From: Heteronotia binoei
Lineage: Eukaryota
DNA length: 64,000 nucleotides
NCBI RefSeq assembly: GCF_032191835.1
Contig: NC_083237.1
Span: 12,152,001 to 12,216,000, forward strand
Direction of reading: 5' to 3'
In this document: positions 48,546-58,644 of the stretch, piece after piece
How the letters are laid out: the number at the start of each line of letters is the position of its first letter
Numbering within the stretch: the stretch's first letter is position 1
Position numbers and translations under genes: made by a program
Notes under the pieces: generated by a model
Seen by the model: the letters and a program-made list of their open reading frames with translations, nothing else
Databases searched by the model: none
What the model was told of the DNA's origin: nothing

Positions 48546-50125
48546 GCCGACTCTTGCTCCCAGGACTCCTCACTGGATTCTTCTATGGTGGTAATATCCT
48601 CGTCAATCGCCAAGGAGGTGGCGACAGCGCCCCGACTGGGCTCCTTCAAGCGGCTACCTTTCTTCTTTTGTGCCGTGGATGCTGGCTTTGGCGGCGTCGG
48701 GGTTGGTGTTGGTTTCACCGGGCAGTTGGCGGCCAGGTGGTTGGGGTCCCCACATCGGAAGCATTTCCGCGCAGTGGCCGAGGGGGTCGAAGTCATGGGG
48801 CCTCGCTTTTCCTCGGCTTTGCTGGGGGAGGGGGTTGGCTTCCCTCCCTTCTTACTTTGCTGCTGCCGCCGCATTCCGACGTGCTGGAGGTCCGTTTCCA
48901 CCTCTCCTGCCAGCTGGATCCAGCCCACCAGGGTGTCTGGCCTTCCTTGGTGGTAACACCGATCGAGGATGTTCGCGTTCAGGCCGTTCTTGAATGCGGT
49001 ATATTTCATAACTTCGTTCCAACCCCGGGCCGCCGCGCAGAGCCCCATGAACTCGGTAGCGTACTCGCGGGTGGTGCGGTTGCCTTGTTCTATCCTTTGT
49101 AGGGCCACGATGGCTTTCTCCTCTCGTAGGGGGTCTCCGTACTGTCGGAGCATCGCCTGTAGGAAATCGGCCACCGTGGCTAGCTCGGGCTTCCTCCCCG
49201 TGTAGAGCCCTACGTACCATTTCCGAGCCGGCCCTCGTAGTTTGGAGGCGATGTGGTCGACCCGGCTCGCCTCTGTGGGGTAGCCCACTCCCCAGTGCGT
49301 GAAGAACGTGTTGCACTGGATTGTGAAATACTCCACTTCGTCCCCGTCTCCATCGAACGTGATTTTCAGTTCCCTGGTTCCTCCCCCGTCGCCCCCGGCC
49401 GGGGCGATCGGGGCCGGCAGCGCCGGGGCAATCGGCCCGCCGGGTGGCGGGGCCGGGGGGCCCACCGGCGGTCCAGCCGGTGGACCGGCGGGCGGCCCGG
49501 CCGGCGGACCTGCGGGTGGCCCGGTCGGGGGACCGGCGGGCGGTCCGGCTGGTGGTCCTGCCGGCGGTCCTGCGGGGGGACCCGCGGGAGGTCCTGCCGG
49601 GGGCCCCGCTGGTGGTCCGGCTGGTGGTACTCCCCCGCCCGGGGGGCCTGCGGGAGGTCCAGCCGGGGGCCCCGCGGGCGCCCCTCCGCCCGGGATCGGG
49701 CCCACGGGTCCTGCTCCCTGGAGTGCGCGTATCTGGTCGTGTATCGCCCCCAGGTTCTGCTGCATCTCCTCGGCCATCAGGGTTCGAGATGCGTGGACCT
49801 CGTCGTGGATCTCCTTCACCCAATCGAACAGTTCGTTGCATAGTGTTCGGATTGGGTCCCCTCCGCCGTAGGTGCCGAGCCCTTCGTCCCTGGGCTCGTC
49901 CCCCTCGTCCTCTCCGCCGCCTGTGGCGAGGATCCGGTAACGTTGCTCCGCGGCCTCCATTGCGGCCGTCGACTTCCTCGGGCTCCAGGTTCGGGGAGGG
50001 AAGGCATCCACAGAGAAAGGCGCTGGGACTTTCAGCTTTCTCCTCGCCCCCGTTACCTTCGGGTCGAGGGGTTCCTCATCGGGTGGAATGTTGGGCTCTC
50101 CGTTGTCTGGAGCCTTTGCCGCCAT
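48521..50125 (-). CDS. gag: Gag with coiled-coil N-terminus, (PPAG)n linker, capsid-like domain and CCHC zinc knuckle; intact ORF
   Basis: Probable ATG at 50125 (MAAKAP), since the upstream ATG lies in the LTR; retrotransposon gag-like FDGD..YATEF..A..GWNE region; CFRCGDPNHLAANC knuckle. Confidence 0.88.
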   Translation of the reverse strand: MAAKAPDNGEPNIPPDEEPLDPKVTGARRKLKVPAPFSVDAFPPRTWSPRKSTAAMEAAEQRYRILATGGGEDEGDEPRDEGLGTYGGGDPIRTLCNELFDWVKEIHDEVHASRTLMAEEMQQNLGAIHDQIRALQGAGPVGPIPGGGAPAGPPAGPPAGPPGGGVPPAGPPAGPPAGPPAGPPAGPPAGPPAGPPAGPPTGPPAGPPAGPPAGPPAGPPVGPPAPPPGGPIAPALPAPIAPAGGDGGGTRELKITFDGDGDEVEYFTIQCNTFFTHWGVGYPTEASRVDHIASKLRGPARKWYVGLYTGRKPELATVADFLQAMLRQYGDPLREEKAIVALQRIEQGNRTTREYATEFMGLCAAARGWNEVMKYTAFKNGLNANILDRCYHQGRPDTLVGWIQLAGEVETDLQHVGMRRQQQSKKGGKPTPSPSKAEEKRGPMTSTPSATARKCFRCGDPNHLAANCPVKPTPTPTPPKPASTAQKKKGSRLKEPSRGAVATSLAIDEDITTIEESSEESWEQESAGNDSDLL

Positions 50126-50178
50126 CGGGCCAGGTTGCCAGTACAGATAAGTCCAAGACAAAGGGATTACTGTTATAA

Positions 50179-50484
50179 TGTCAGGACTTGGAGGAACTTC
50201 AGTCGAGTCCAATACTTGTTACAAGTTAAGACTTTTATTGAAGAACTATAGTACCAGAGTAACGAAATAACAGTAATGGCGACTCCTGGCCGTTGGTTAC
50301 ATTTTATGCTAGCCGCAAAGCACAATAAAGCAATTATTCACACGGTCTCAACTATTTTATGTGTGCCCTAAATAGTTGGCATAGCAGTGGGGCCAGGGTT
50401 AATGACCGTTGTCAAGCACTCTAAATTACAACATGGAGTCAGTATGGCTAAAGCAAACAAGCAGAAAGGTTACAAGTCCTGACA
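50179..50484 (-). mobile_element. 5' LTR of the Gypsy element (306 bp)
   Basis: tgtcaggacttg...caagtcctgaca ends; minus-strand CATAAAA at 50302-50308 and AATAAA at 50234-50239. Confidence 0.9.
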
Positions 50485-51382
50485 GCAGGAAGAAAAGGGT
50501 GTGGAACATGAGGCCTAGTCATTTCTTTCTCTCAAAGGACTGAATTGCTGAAAGGCCTCCGCTGAAGAAATTTTGTCTGGAGTGGACCCTTCCTTTTCAG
50601 AAATCAGTTCTTTTGGAGGAATTAGCCCACAGGCTGCCTGCCTAGGAACTGGAATTGATTTCTCCTCTTGAATGGTGAGGAGAAAGGCCCTGAAAACTTT
50701 CCTTCCCATTCAAAGCCTGGTTCTGAGGGGATGCAGCTGGATCAGCTTCAACAAGAAAACAACACTTCTGGGACACTGACTACCGGACTGTTGGGTTCAG
50801 AAGGAAAAGAGTTTGGGGGCAGGGAGCACACTGCCCAGTGTGCCATATTGTATTCCCCATGTTGTAATGAATAGTTACTTTGCTTAAGCCAAGGTGGGTG
50901 AGTGGGAGAGGGGCTTTAAGAAAGGAGGCCCTATGCCTTGAATTTGCCCTTATTTCCAATGCTTGGGTTACACCAGTCTGGCAACATTCTGACACACTGA
51001 CAAATAACAAGTTATATCTTTTATATATTCAGCCATGGGAACCAGAGGTGCCCTTCCACTAGGCTTGCCAATCCCCAAGTCCCAGTGGGGGATTCCCTCG
51101 GTTTTGCAGGCTCCTTCCTGCCCCCAGCCAGCTGGCTGGTGGGAGGAAGCCCTGCCTCAACAGCCCCCACGTGCTTTTCAACCTTGGAAGGCTTTGAAGA
51201 TTCTTGGGAATGGCTTGCTTTTTGAAAGGTGTGTGTGCCTTTAAGTCTCTGGAGCCAGGCAGAATGGGGGTGGGGTGATCCTGCAGAACAATGTGGCTGT
51301 TGTGAGAAAGGAAAGGGAAGGATCTCAGCCCCTCCGTTTGTTTTACAGTCCCTTCAGAAGTGGTTTACACAGTAAAATAGAG

Positions 51383-51518
51383 CAGGAGTGGCCAACAGTA
51401 GCTCTCCAGTTGTTTTTTGCCTACAATTCCCATCAGCCCCAGCCATCAGCCATGCTGGCTGGGGCTAATGGGAGTTGTAGGCAAAAAACATCTGGAGAGC
51501 TACCGTTGGCCACCCCTG
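51383..51518. mobile_element. hAT MITE (136 bp)
   Basis: TIR; TSD aaatagag; empty site in the paralog near 7790. Confidence 0.88.
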
Positions 51519-51852
51519 AAATAGAGAATAAAGAGCAGGGCTTCAATTCAGCAGAAGCTCACAGGAGCACTGCTCCTGAACCTCCAGCCAGGGTCTGCAT
51601 GCAGTGGGGAGTTTTCTGCCCACTGCACACAAATCCCGGGGCATATGCAAATGAGATATGCCGCTGAGCTCCTGCACCTTTCCCCCTACAAAACGACCCC
51701 TGGTAAAGAGTAAAGTAGAACCTCTGGTTTCCCTGCGTTATCTGAAGAACTTGGCTGAGTATGCAGCATTCAACAACTCCCATGGTGAGTAAATTGCCCC
51801 AGTGAGGCCACAAAATGTGTGCTTCCAACAGTGTTTATTTTGGCTGCTTTGT

Positions 51853-51885
<33 letters not shown>

Positions 51886-54138
51886 GAAGCACAGCCAGAT
51901 CCTGAAGGATGAGGAAATGAAGACTGTATTCAGGGGAATGGTACTGCTGTATTTTTATGTGTTTATTTTAGGGAATGGGAAAGTCTCCTGGCTCTACCTC
52001 CAAAGTCTCCCAGCCACACCTTCAAAGTCCCCAGGTATTTTCTGAGTTAGACTTGGCAACCCTACTTTCCAATCATAGAAGACTCATAAATTACAAGTTA
52101 AACCATCACATTTTGACAGTCAACTAGCATATTTCACCAGCAATTCTTCAATGGAACTCAAGGTTACATATGATTGTATTCCCCTGTTTTATCTCCACTA
52201 TGAGGTGGGCTAGGCTGAGACTTAGCAAGTGTCCTGAGGTCATACAGTGAACTTTATGGCAGAGTTGGCATCAGAACCGTCATCCTAAACTGACACTCCA
52301 AGTTTTGGTCTGACAAAGAACCATTCCACCAGAAAAGCATGGTTGTAGTCTGACAAGAAGCCCCTCCACTCTACCACACTGGCTGAATAGGAGATGGAAG
52401 AGTCTACACTCAGGCTCCACAGAGCCAGTTCAACAAGGTAAAATAACCATGGGTTGGCAACATTTGGATTAAACTCCGGAATTGTTTTTGCCTTAAGTTA
52501 CTATTTAAAAAACAAACAACCATTTCCTTCTCTATTTTGTTTATTTTATTTATGCCATGCATTTCTCTCTACAGTAAACTTCATGGCTGAGTAGGCATCT
52601 GGACCCTCATCCTAAACTTTCCAAATTTCACTCTGACAAAGAAACAAGAAGTTACAAGCACGCTGCTATTTCCAGTTCCAGTAGCAATTGCAATTGAAGG
52701 CTGGCAAATCTAGGTCCCTATAAGGACCCGGCCACTACTTTCTGGATCAGTTGTAATTTCCAGGTCAATCTCAAATGTAGCCCTACGTAGAGCAAGTTAC
52801 AGTACTCTAACCTGGAGGAGACTATGGATTTCTGGAGGTAGGTCAGGGCAAGACAGGAAGGAGGCTGGTTGCCCAATCTGGCTTAGTTGGCAGAACACCA
52901 GTGTAGAGCTGTGGAGATATATGCTGTTGGGCTGAGCAATTAAACTACTCAATTTGTATATTAGAAGGAGTGTGTGTAGGAGGACTGGAAGAAAAACAAA
53001 GAGGAAGCAGAATGTGTAGCATGAGGCCTAGTTATTTTGTCTCTCAAAGGACTGGATTGCTGAAAGGCCTCAGCTGAAGACGTTTTGTCCATTGTGGGTC
53101 CTCCCTTTTTAGAAATCATTTATTTTGGAGGAGTTAGCTCCCAGACCTCCCGCCTATGAACTGGAGCTGATTTCCCCTCTCAAATATTGAGGAAGGAGGC
53201 CCTGAAAACTTACCTTCCCTCTTGAGGCTTCCTTCTAAGGGACTGTTACTGGACCAGCTTCAACAAGAAAACAGCAATTCTGGGACACTGACAACTAGAC
53301 TGTTGGGTTTGCCTTCCCTACATTAGAAATAATGAAGGATAGGAGCACCTTCTTTTGGGGCTCAAAGAATTGGACCCCATAGTTCAATCTTTTTTAAACT
53401 TGGAGAGCATTTTGAGGAGACCCATCAGATGCTATGCTGAAAATTTGGTACCTCTACCTCAAAAAACCGCCCCTCCAGAGCCCCAGATACTCTGAGATTA
53501 ATACTCCATTATACCCTATGGCTCAGCAGACATTTCCGTCCCTCCCACCCTTGGTTCTGATGACCCTGAAGCTCCGGAGAGCCTCCAAACCAGGGACCCC
53601 CTGCCCCAACCTGGGAATTGGCACCTCTACCACGAGTAGCTGAATTTCCAAGTTTTTCACAGTAACACAGGGCAACCAAAGGTTCACGTTTACCTTCACA
53701 CTATGCAAATAACCTCTGCAAAGATTGTGCAACAAACGAAGGGTCTGGGCTCCTTTCACAGCCATGTTGTTCTGCCTCCTCCCCCCCTGCTCCCCTTCAG
53801 CCTCAAAGACGCAGACACACCATCCAAAGAGGAAGGCTTTCTAATAGAGACAAGCCTCCGAAGGTGGAAAGTCACATGATGGTTGTGGGGGCGGGGCTTC
53901 CCCCCGCCAGCCAGCTGACTGGGGGCGGAAAGGAGCCTAGAAGAACCCCCGCTGGGACCTGGGGATTGGCAAGCCTAGGTGGGGAGCACACTACCCAGTG
54001 TGCCATATTGTATTTCCCCTTTTGTAATGAATAGTTATATATTGCTTAAAGCAAGGGGTGTGTGTGGGAGGTTCTAAGCCTTGAATTTGCCCTTATTTCC
54101 AATGCCCGGGTTACACCAGTCTGGCAACATTTTGACAC

Positions 54139-54458
54139 TGTTGTATATGTGATCAGAATTGTGACTAATGTATGGAGTTGTTGCCTGGCTCATTGGAGCC
54201 TGTAGGACTAAGCTTGGGGGCTCAGGAACAATAGGAAGTAGGATCCAAATCCCTTCTGCCTTACTCCAGTCACGAACCCCCTGCTGGTTTGAATGGTCCA
54301 ATAGCATGCTAGCGCGGGAACCTTGAGTGTACATATAGTTGGCCCCGTTGGCCCAGTCTTCAGTCTTTGAGTGCAGTGCTATACTATGCTGTATCTAATA
54401 AAAGAGCTATGATCACTACCACCTCACCTCATCACTGTGTGGAACCCACTATATTACA
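54139..54458 (+). mobile_element. Duplicated copy of solo LTR 11-330
   Basis: TG..CA ends, TSD gacac, same insertion site in the inverted duplicate. Confidence 0.8.
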
Positions 54459-55705
54459 GACACACGGACAAATACCAAGTTATAGGTTGTATTCAGCCAT
54501 GGGATTGGAACCAGAGGTGCCCTTCCACTCACAGAAGACTCATGTGTTACAAGTTAAACTATCACATTATGACAGTCGCCCTAGCACATTTTGCCAGCAA
54601 CTCTTCCATGGAACTCAAGTTGGTTTACATATGATTGTATCCTCCTGTTTTACCTCCACTCTGAGATGGGTTAGGCTGAGACTTAGAAAGTGAACTTCAT
54701 GGCTGAGTAAGCATCTGAACCCTCATCCCCAACTGACATTCCAAGTTTTAGCCAGACAAAGAACCACTCCACCAAAAAAGAAAAAAATTGTTTTAGTCTG
54801 GCCAAAAAACAAAACAAAAACATCACACTTGCTGAATACAAGATGGAAGAGTCTATTCTCAGGCTCCACAGACAAGGTGAAATACTCATGGGTTGGCAAC
54901 ATTTGGGTTAAATGCTGGAATAGTTTTTGTCTTAAAGCTATTTAAAAGAAAAACAGTTCAATCTCTATTTTGTTTCTTTTATTTATGTCATGCATTTCTC
55001 TTTTTTATTTATTTATTTACTTTGGATTTAGATCCCGCCCCCTCCATGAATGGGCTCAGGGGGGCTAACAATGAACCAGAATAACAGTATTAAATTACAG
55101 TATTAAAAACAGTAAACTTGCCAATATTAGAATCAATTCAAACAACATTGTGGCGCTTGTAATTGATGTCCTCCATTTTGAAGTGAAACAGATCTAAATC
55201 TAAAGCCGCTGTGACCCCCTCTCCAGCTCCACTCCGATAATCACTTCTTTTGGAGGAGTTAGCCCCCAGACCGCTTGTCTATGAACTGGAGCTGATTTCT
55301 CCACTCAAATGGTGAGGAAGGAGGCCCTGAGAACTTTCGTTCCCTCTTGAGGCCTGATTCTGAGGGACTGCGACTGGACCAGCTTCAACAAGAAAACAGA
55401 ACTTCTGGGACACTGACTACTGAGCCTTTTTCGGCGGGGAGGGCAAGATATAAATTAAATTAAATTTAATTTTAAAAATAAAAATACTGGACTGTTGGGT
55501 TGGAAGGGAAAGAGTTTGGGGAGTGGGGCGCACACTACCCGATGTGCCATATTTCCCCTGTTATAATGAATAGTTTCTTAACCCAAGGTGTGTGAGTGGG
55601 CGGCCCTAAGCTTTGAATATGTCCTTATTTCCAATGCCCGGGTTACACCAGTCTGACAACATTTTGACACAATGAGAAATACCAAGTTATAGGTTGTATT
55701 CAGCC

Positions 55706-56350
55706 CAATGGCGTTGGGAGGGGGGGCGGGCGGGGCGGGCCGCCCCAGGTCCGTGGGGTCCCCGCATTGCCAAGGGGGCTCCCAAACAATAGCCATGTTG
55801 CTGCGCTGCGAGGGGGAGCGCGCGCGCACGGCGGGGCTCCTCGTTCCCTTCCCTTCCCCCTCTCCCCTTTTTCCCCCCTCTCTCTCATGCAATCGGGCTG
55901 AAAGCGCGGGAAAGGCGCGTCGCTTTTTCTCCACCCCCCTCCCTCGTTCCCTCGCCTCAGAATGCGCGCGTGCGGCCTTATCCCAGGTTCCATGAGTTGC
56001 CAGACCAACGCGAAGTCCCAACTGGTCATGATTATCTCCCTTCCTTGCCCCAATCGGTCCCGAGGCGTTTCTCTCGGCGAGAGCAAGTCTCTTTTCTGAC
56101 CTCTTGAGGCCGGTTCTTTGCGGGAAAGAAGGCCGGCGTTGGCGCGCCTTTTCAGCCGAGGGGAGGCGCCAGTCCGAGGAGAGCCGTGCGCGGGCCTGTG
56201 CTCCGACTTGGGCATGTCTGCAGAAGCGGCAGCCAGACAGCAGCTGCCGCTATCCTCCGTGGGGCCAGGTAAGAGGGCATGGGATAGCATCGTGGCTGGT
56301 TTCTGCCCTTTTCCAGTCCCTGCCGCTGTCAAGGGCGCTTGCGAGTTGGA
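55706..56350 (+). promoter_or_regulatory. CpG island with GC boxes and a putative first coding exon (ATG 56214, donor CAG|GTAAGA at 56268/56269)
   Basis: Dense CpG; ggggcggg box; ATG followed by 18 codons and a strong 5' splice site; no downstream exon recognised. Confidence 0.5.
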
Positions 56351-56892
56351 GCCAGGGCCCATCATTAGGGAAAGGGATTCTTCAAATGTTCCCTCCCCTG
56401 GGCGGAAACCTTGTCGCCTGGACATGTCCGGGCAAGCTGGGAACAGTCTCAAGTATTCTGCATTTGCCTCCAAGATGTCACTTGAGCATATGTGATGCTC
56501 TTCACATACAGCATAAGCCTTGTTATTAATGGCCTGACTTTAAACTGCCTACCAGCTATGAATGGCTCTGCTCAGCTATATATGGCTTTGCTCACTGTGC
56601 TGGATTCCTCGTCTGATAAAGTGTGCTTAAGAGCACACGAAAGCTTACGTTCTAAATGAGAATTGGTTGGTCTTAAAGGTGCAACTTGACTCCTGCTTTG
56701 TTTAAAATGCTCGGAACACTTGGGCGCCTGACTTAAAGGAATTTTGTCAACTCCTGATAATGTATCTGAGGAAGTGTGCGTACACCCAGAATGTAAGGAA
56801 GTGTGCATACACCCAGAATTAAACTTTCTTTAGCCTTAAAGGTGCCTCTGGACTCAAACTTCCTACTATTGCTTCTAAAGCTTATACCCCAA

Positions 56893-56929
<37 letters not shown>

Positions 56930-57519
56930 GTTCTTTGATACATTGCTTCATGACTAGACATACCGTTCACCAGTGGAACCAGAAACTTGCATCTTTCCCC
57001 CCTCTAAATGTGACTTTGGAACCTTCTTTCCTAACAATTAGAAATCCAATTTTCACGAAGGAGAAAAATAGCTTAGAGTCCCCTTCTTCTCGTTTTCAAT
57101 ATGCTAACCATCTGGGGCTGTGGTGACTAATTTTGAATGGATTTAGAAATATCCTAGTGTGTGGATCCCCAAAGAATTCTTTGAGCCTCTCCAAAGCAAT
57201 GGTATTTTTATCCCCCCCCCCCCCGAAAGGACAGCATTTAAATTAAAATTCCAACATTGGCGACAATGTGCCTTTTCACATTGGATAGCTTTGTGTCATT
57301 GTGAAACTGAATTAGCAATTCAGTCTCAAAATGGAGGGCCTGTAAGTTGTCCGAGGGAGGGCAGGGGTGGGATCTGGAGTAGAGACAGTCTTCTGTGGGC
57401 TGAGAATGCATTAGACATATTTCAAGAGGACTGCATCCTGGCAACTTTGCTGTATGTATTTAGCATGTTTTTACTTACATCGAATTGCTCTTTCATTTGG
57501 ATAAGAGGCCAAGGTCTGG

Positions 57520-58392
57520 CTCTGCTGGTGGACTTTCTGATGGCACCTGGGTTTTGGCCACTGTGTGACACAGAGTGTTGGACCAGATGGGCCATTGGCC
57601 TGAACCAACATGGATTCTCTTACATTCTTATGTCTGAGGCAGTGGTGCCGGGTATTCTTGGTGCTTGGGGGGCAAGAGTGGGAGGGCTTCTGGAGTTCTG
57701 GCCCCACTGGTGGACCTCCTGATGGCACCTGGGTTTTTTGGCCACTCTGTGATACAGTGTGTTGAACTGTGTTGAACTGGATGGGCCATTGGCCTGATCC
57801 AACATGGCTTCTCTTATGTTCTTAGGTCTGAGGCAGTGATGCTCCATATTCTTGGTGCTTGGAGGGGCACAGTGGGAGGGCTTCTAGTGTACTGGCTCCT
57901 CTGATGGACCTCCTGATGGCACCTGGGTTTTGGCCACTGTGTGACACAGAGTGTTGGACCAGATGGGTCATTGGCCTGATCCAATGTAGCTTCTGTTATG
58001 TTCTTATGTCTAGGGCAGTGATGCTCTGCATTCTTAGAGCTTGGGGGGCAACAGTGGTCGGGGGAGGCTTCTGGAGTTCTGGCCCTGCTTGTGGTAGACT
58101 TCCTGATAACCCCTGGGCTTTGCCCACTGTGTGGCACAGAGTGTTGAACTGGATGGGCCGTTGGTCCGTTGGTCTGATCCAACATGGCTTCTGTTACGTT
58201 GTTATGTCTAGGGCAGTGATGCTCTGCATTTTTAGTGCTTGGGGGGCAACAGTGTGGGGGAGCTTCTGGAGCTCTGGCCCAACTGGAGGACCTTTTGATG
58301 GCACCTGGGTCTTTTTGGCCACTGTATGACACAGAGTGTGTTAGACTGGATGAGCCACTGGTCTGACTCAACATGGCTTCTCTTATGCTCTT
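57520..58392 (+). repeat. Tandem array of about 4.5 diverged 180-200-bp CR1 3' UTR units
   Basis: Repeated ggcagtgatgct...ggccactgtgtgacacagagtgttgg...ttatgttcttatgtct. Confidence 0.82.
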
Positions 58393-58644
58393 AGGGACAC
58401 TGACTTGAAATGTACAGACACCAGTCACCTAGCTCTTGTAAGCAAGGGTTTTTTTATACAGAGAAAATGTCATGCATTACCAGAGCTTTTTGAGTAGAAA
58501 AAGCCCAGCAGGAACTCATCTGCATATTAGGCCACACCTCCTGACATCACTATTGTTTTTGCAGGGCATTTTTGGTAGAAGAAGCCCAGCAGGAAGTCAT
58601 TTGCATATGAGACCACACCCCCTGACACCAAGCTAGTAAGCAGT

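Larger units (their letters stand above)
45391..50484 (-). mobile_element. Ty3/Gypsy LTR retrotransposon (Tf1/sushi, PEG10-related lineage), 3'-truncated: 5' LTR, gag and pol; no PPT or 3' LTR
   Basis: PR-RT-RH-IN domain order; CpG-rich; LTR with 12-bp terminal inverted repeat; integrase homology stops after YLGPFKIKRVINK. Confidence 0.93.

Noticed and set aside
50125-50212. Gag start at 50212 as given in the ORF track
   Set aside because: That ATG lies in the LTR U5 region and the frame runs through the priming stem; ATG 50125 is more plausible, although the upstream start is not excluded
47725-50251. Long antisense and alternative-frame ORFs over gag/pol
   Set aside because: Expected in GC-rich, stop-poor sequence and the PPAG repeat; no recognisable domains
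40459-50484. A single LTR element that captured an OR gene between its two LTRs
   Set aside because: The left LTR has its own TSD (tatac/tatac), differs in length and sequence from the right LTR, and has no PPT; the outer flanks do not match
55700-56473. 257-aa minus-strand ORF in the CpG island
   Set aside because: Low-complexity, GC-driven open frame with no domain features
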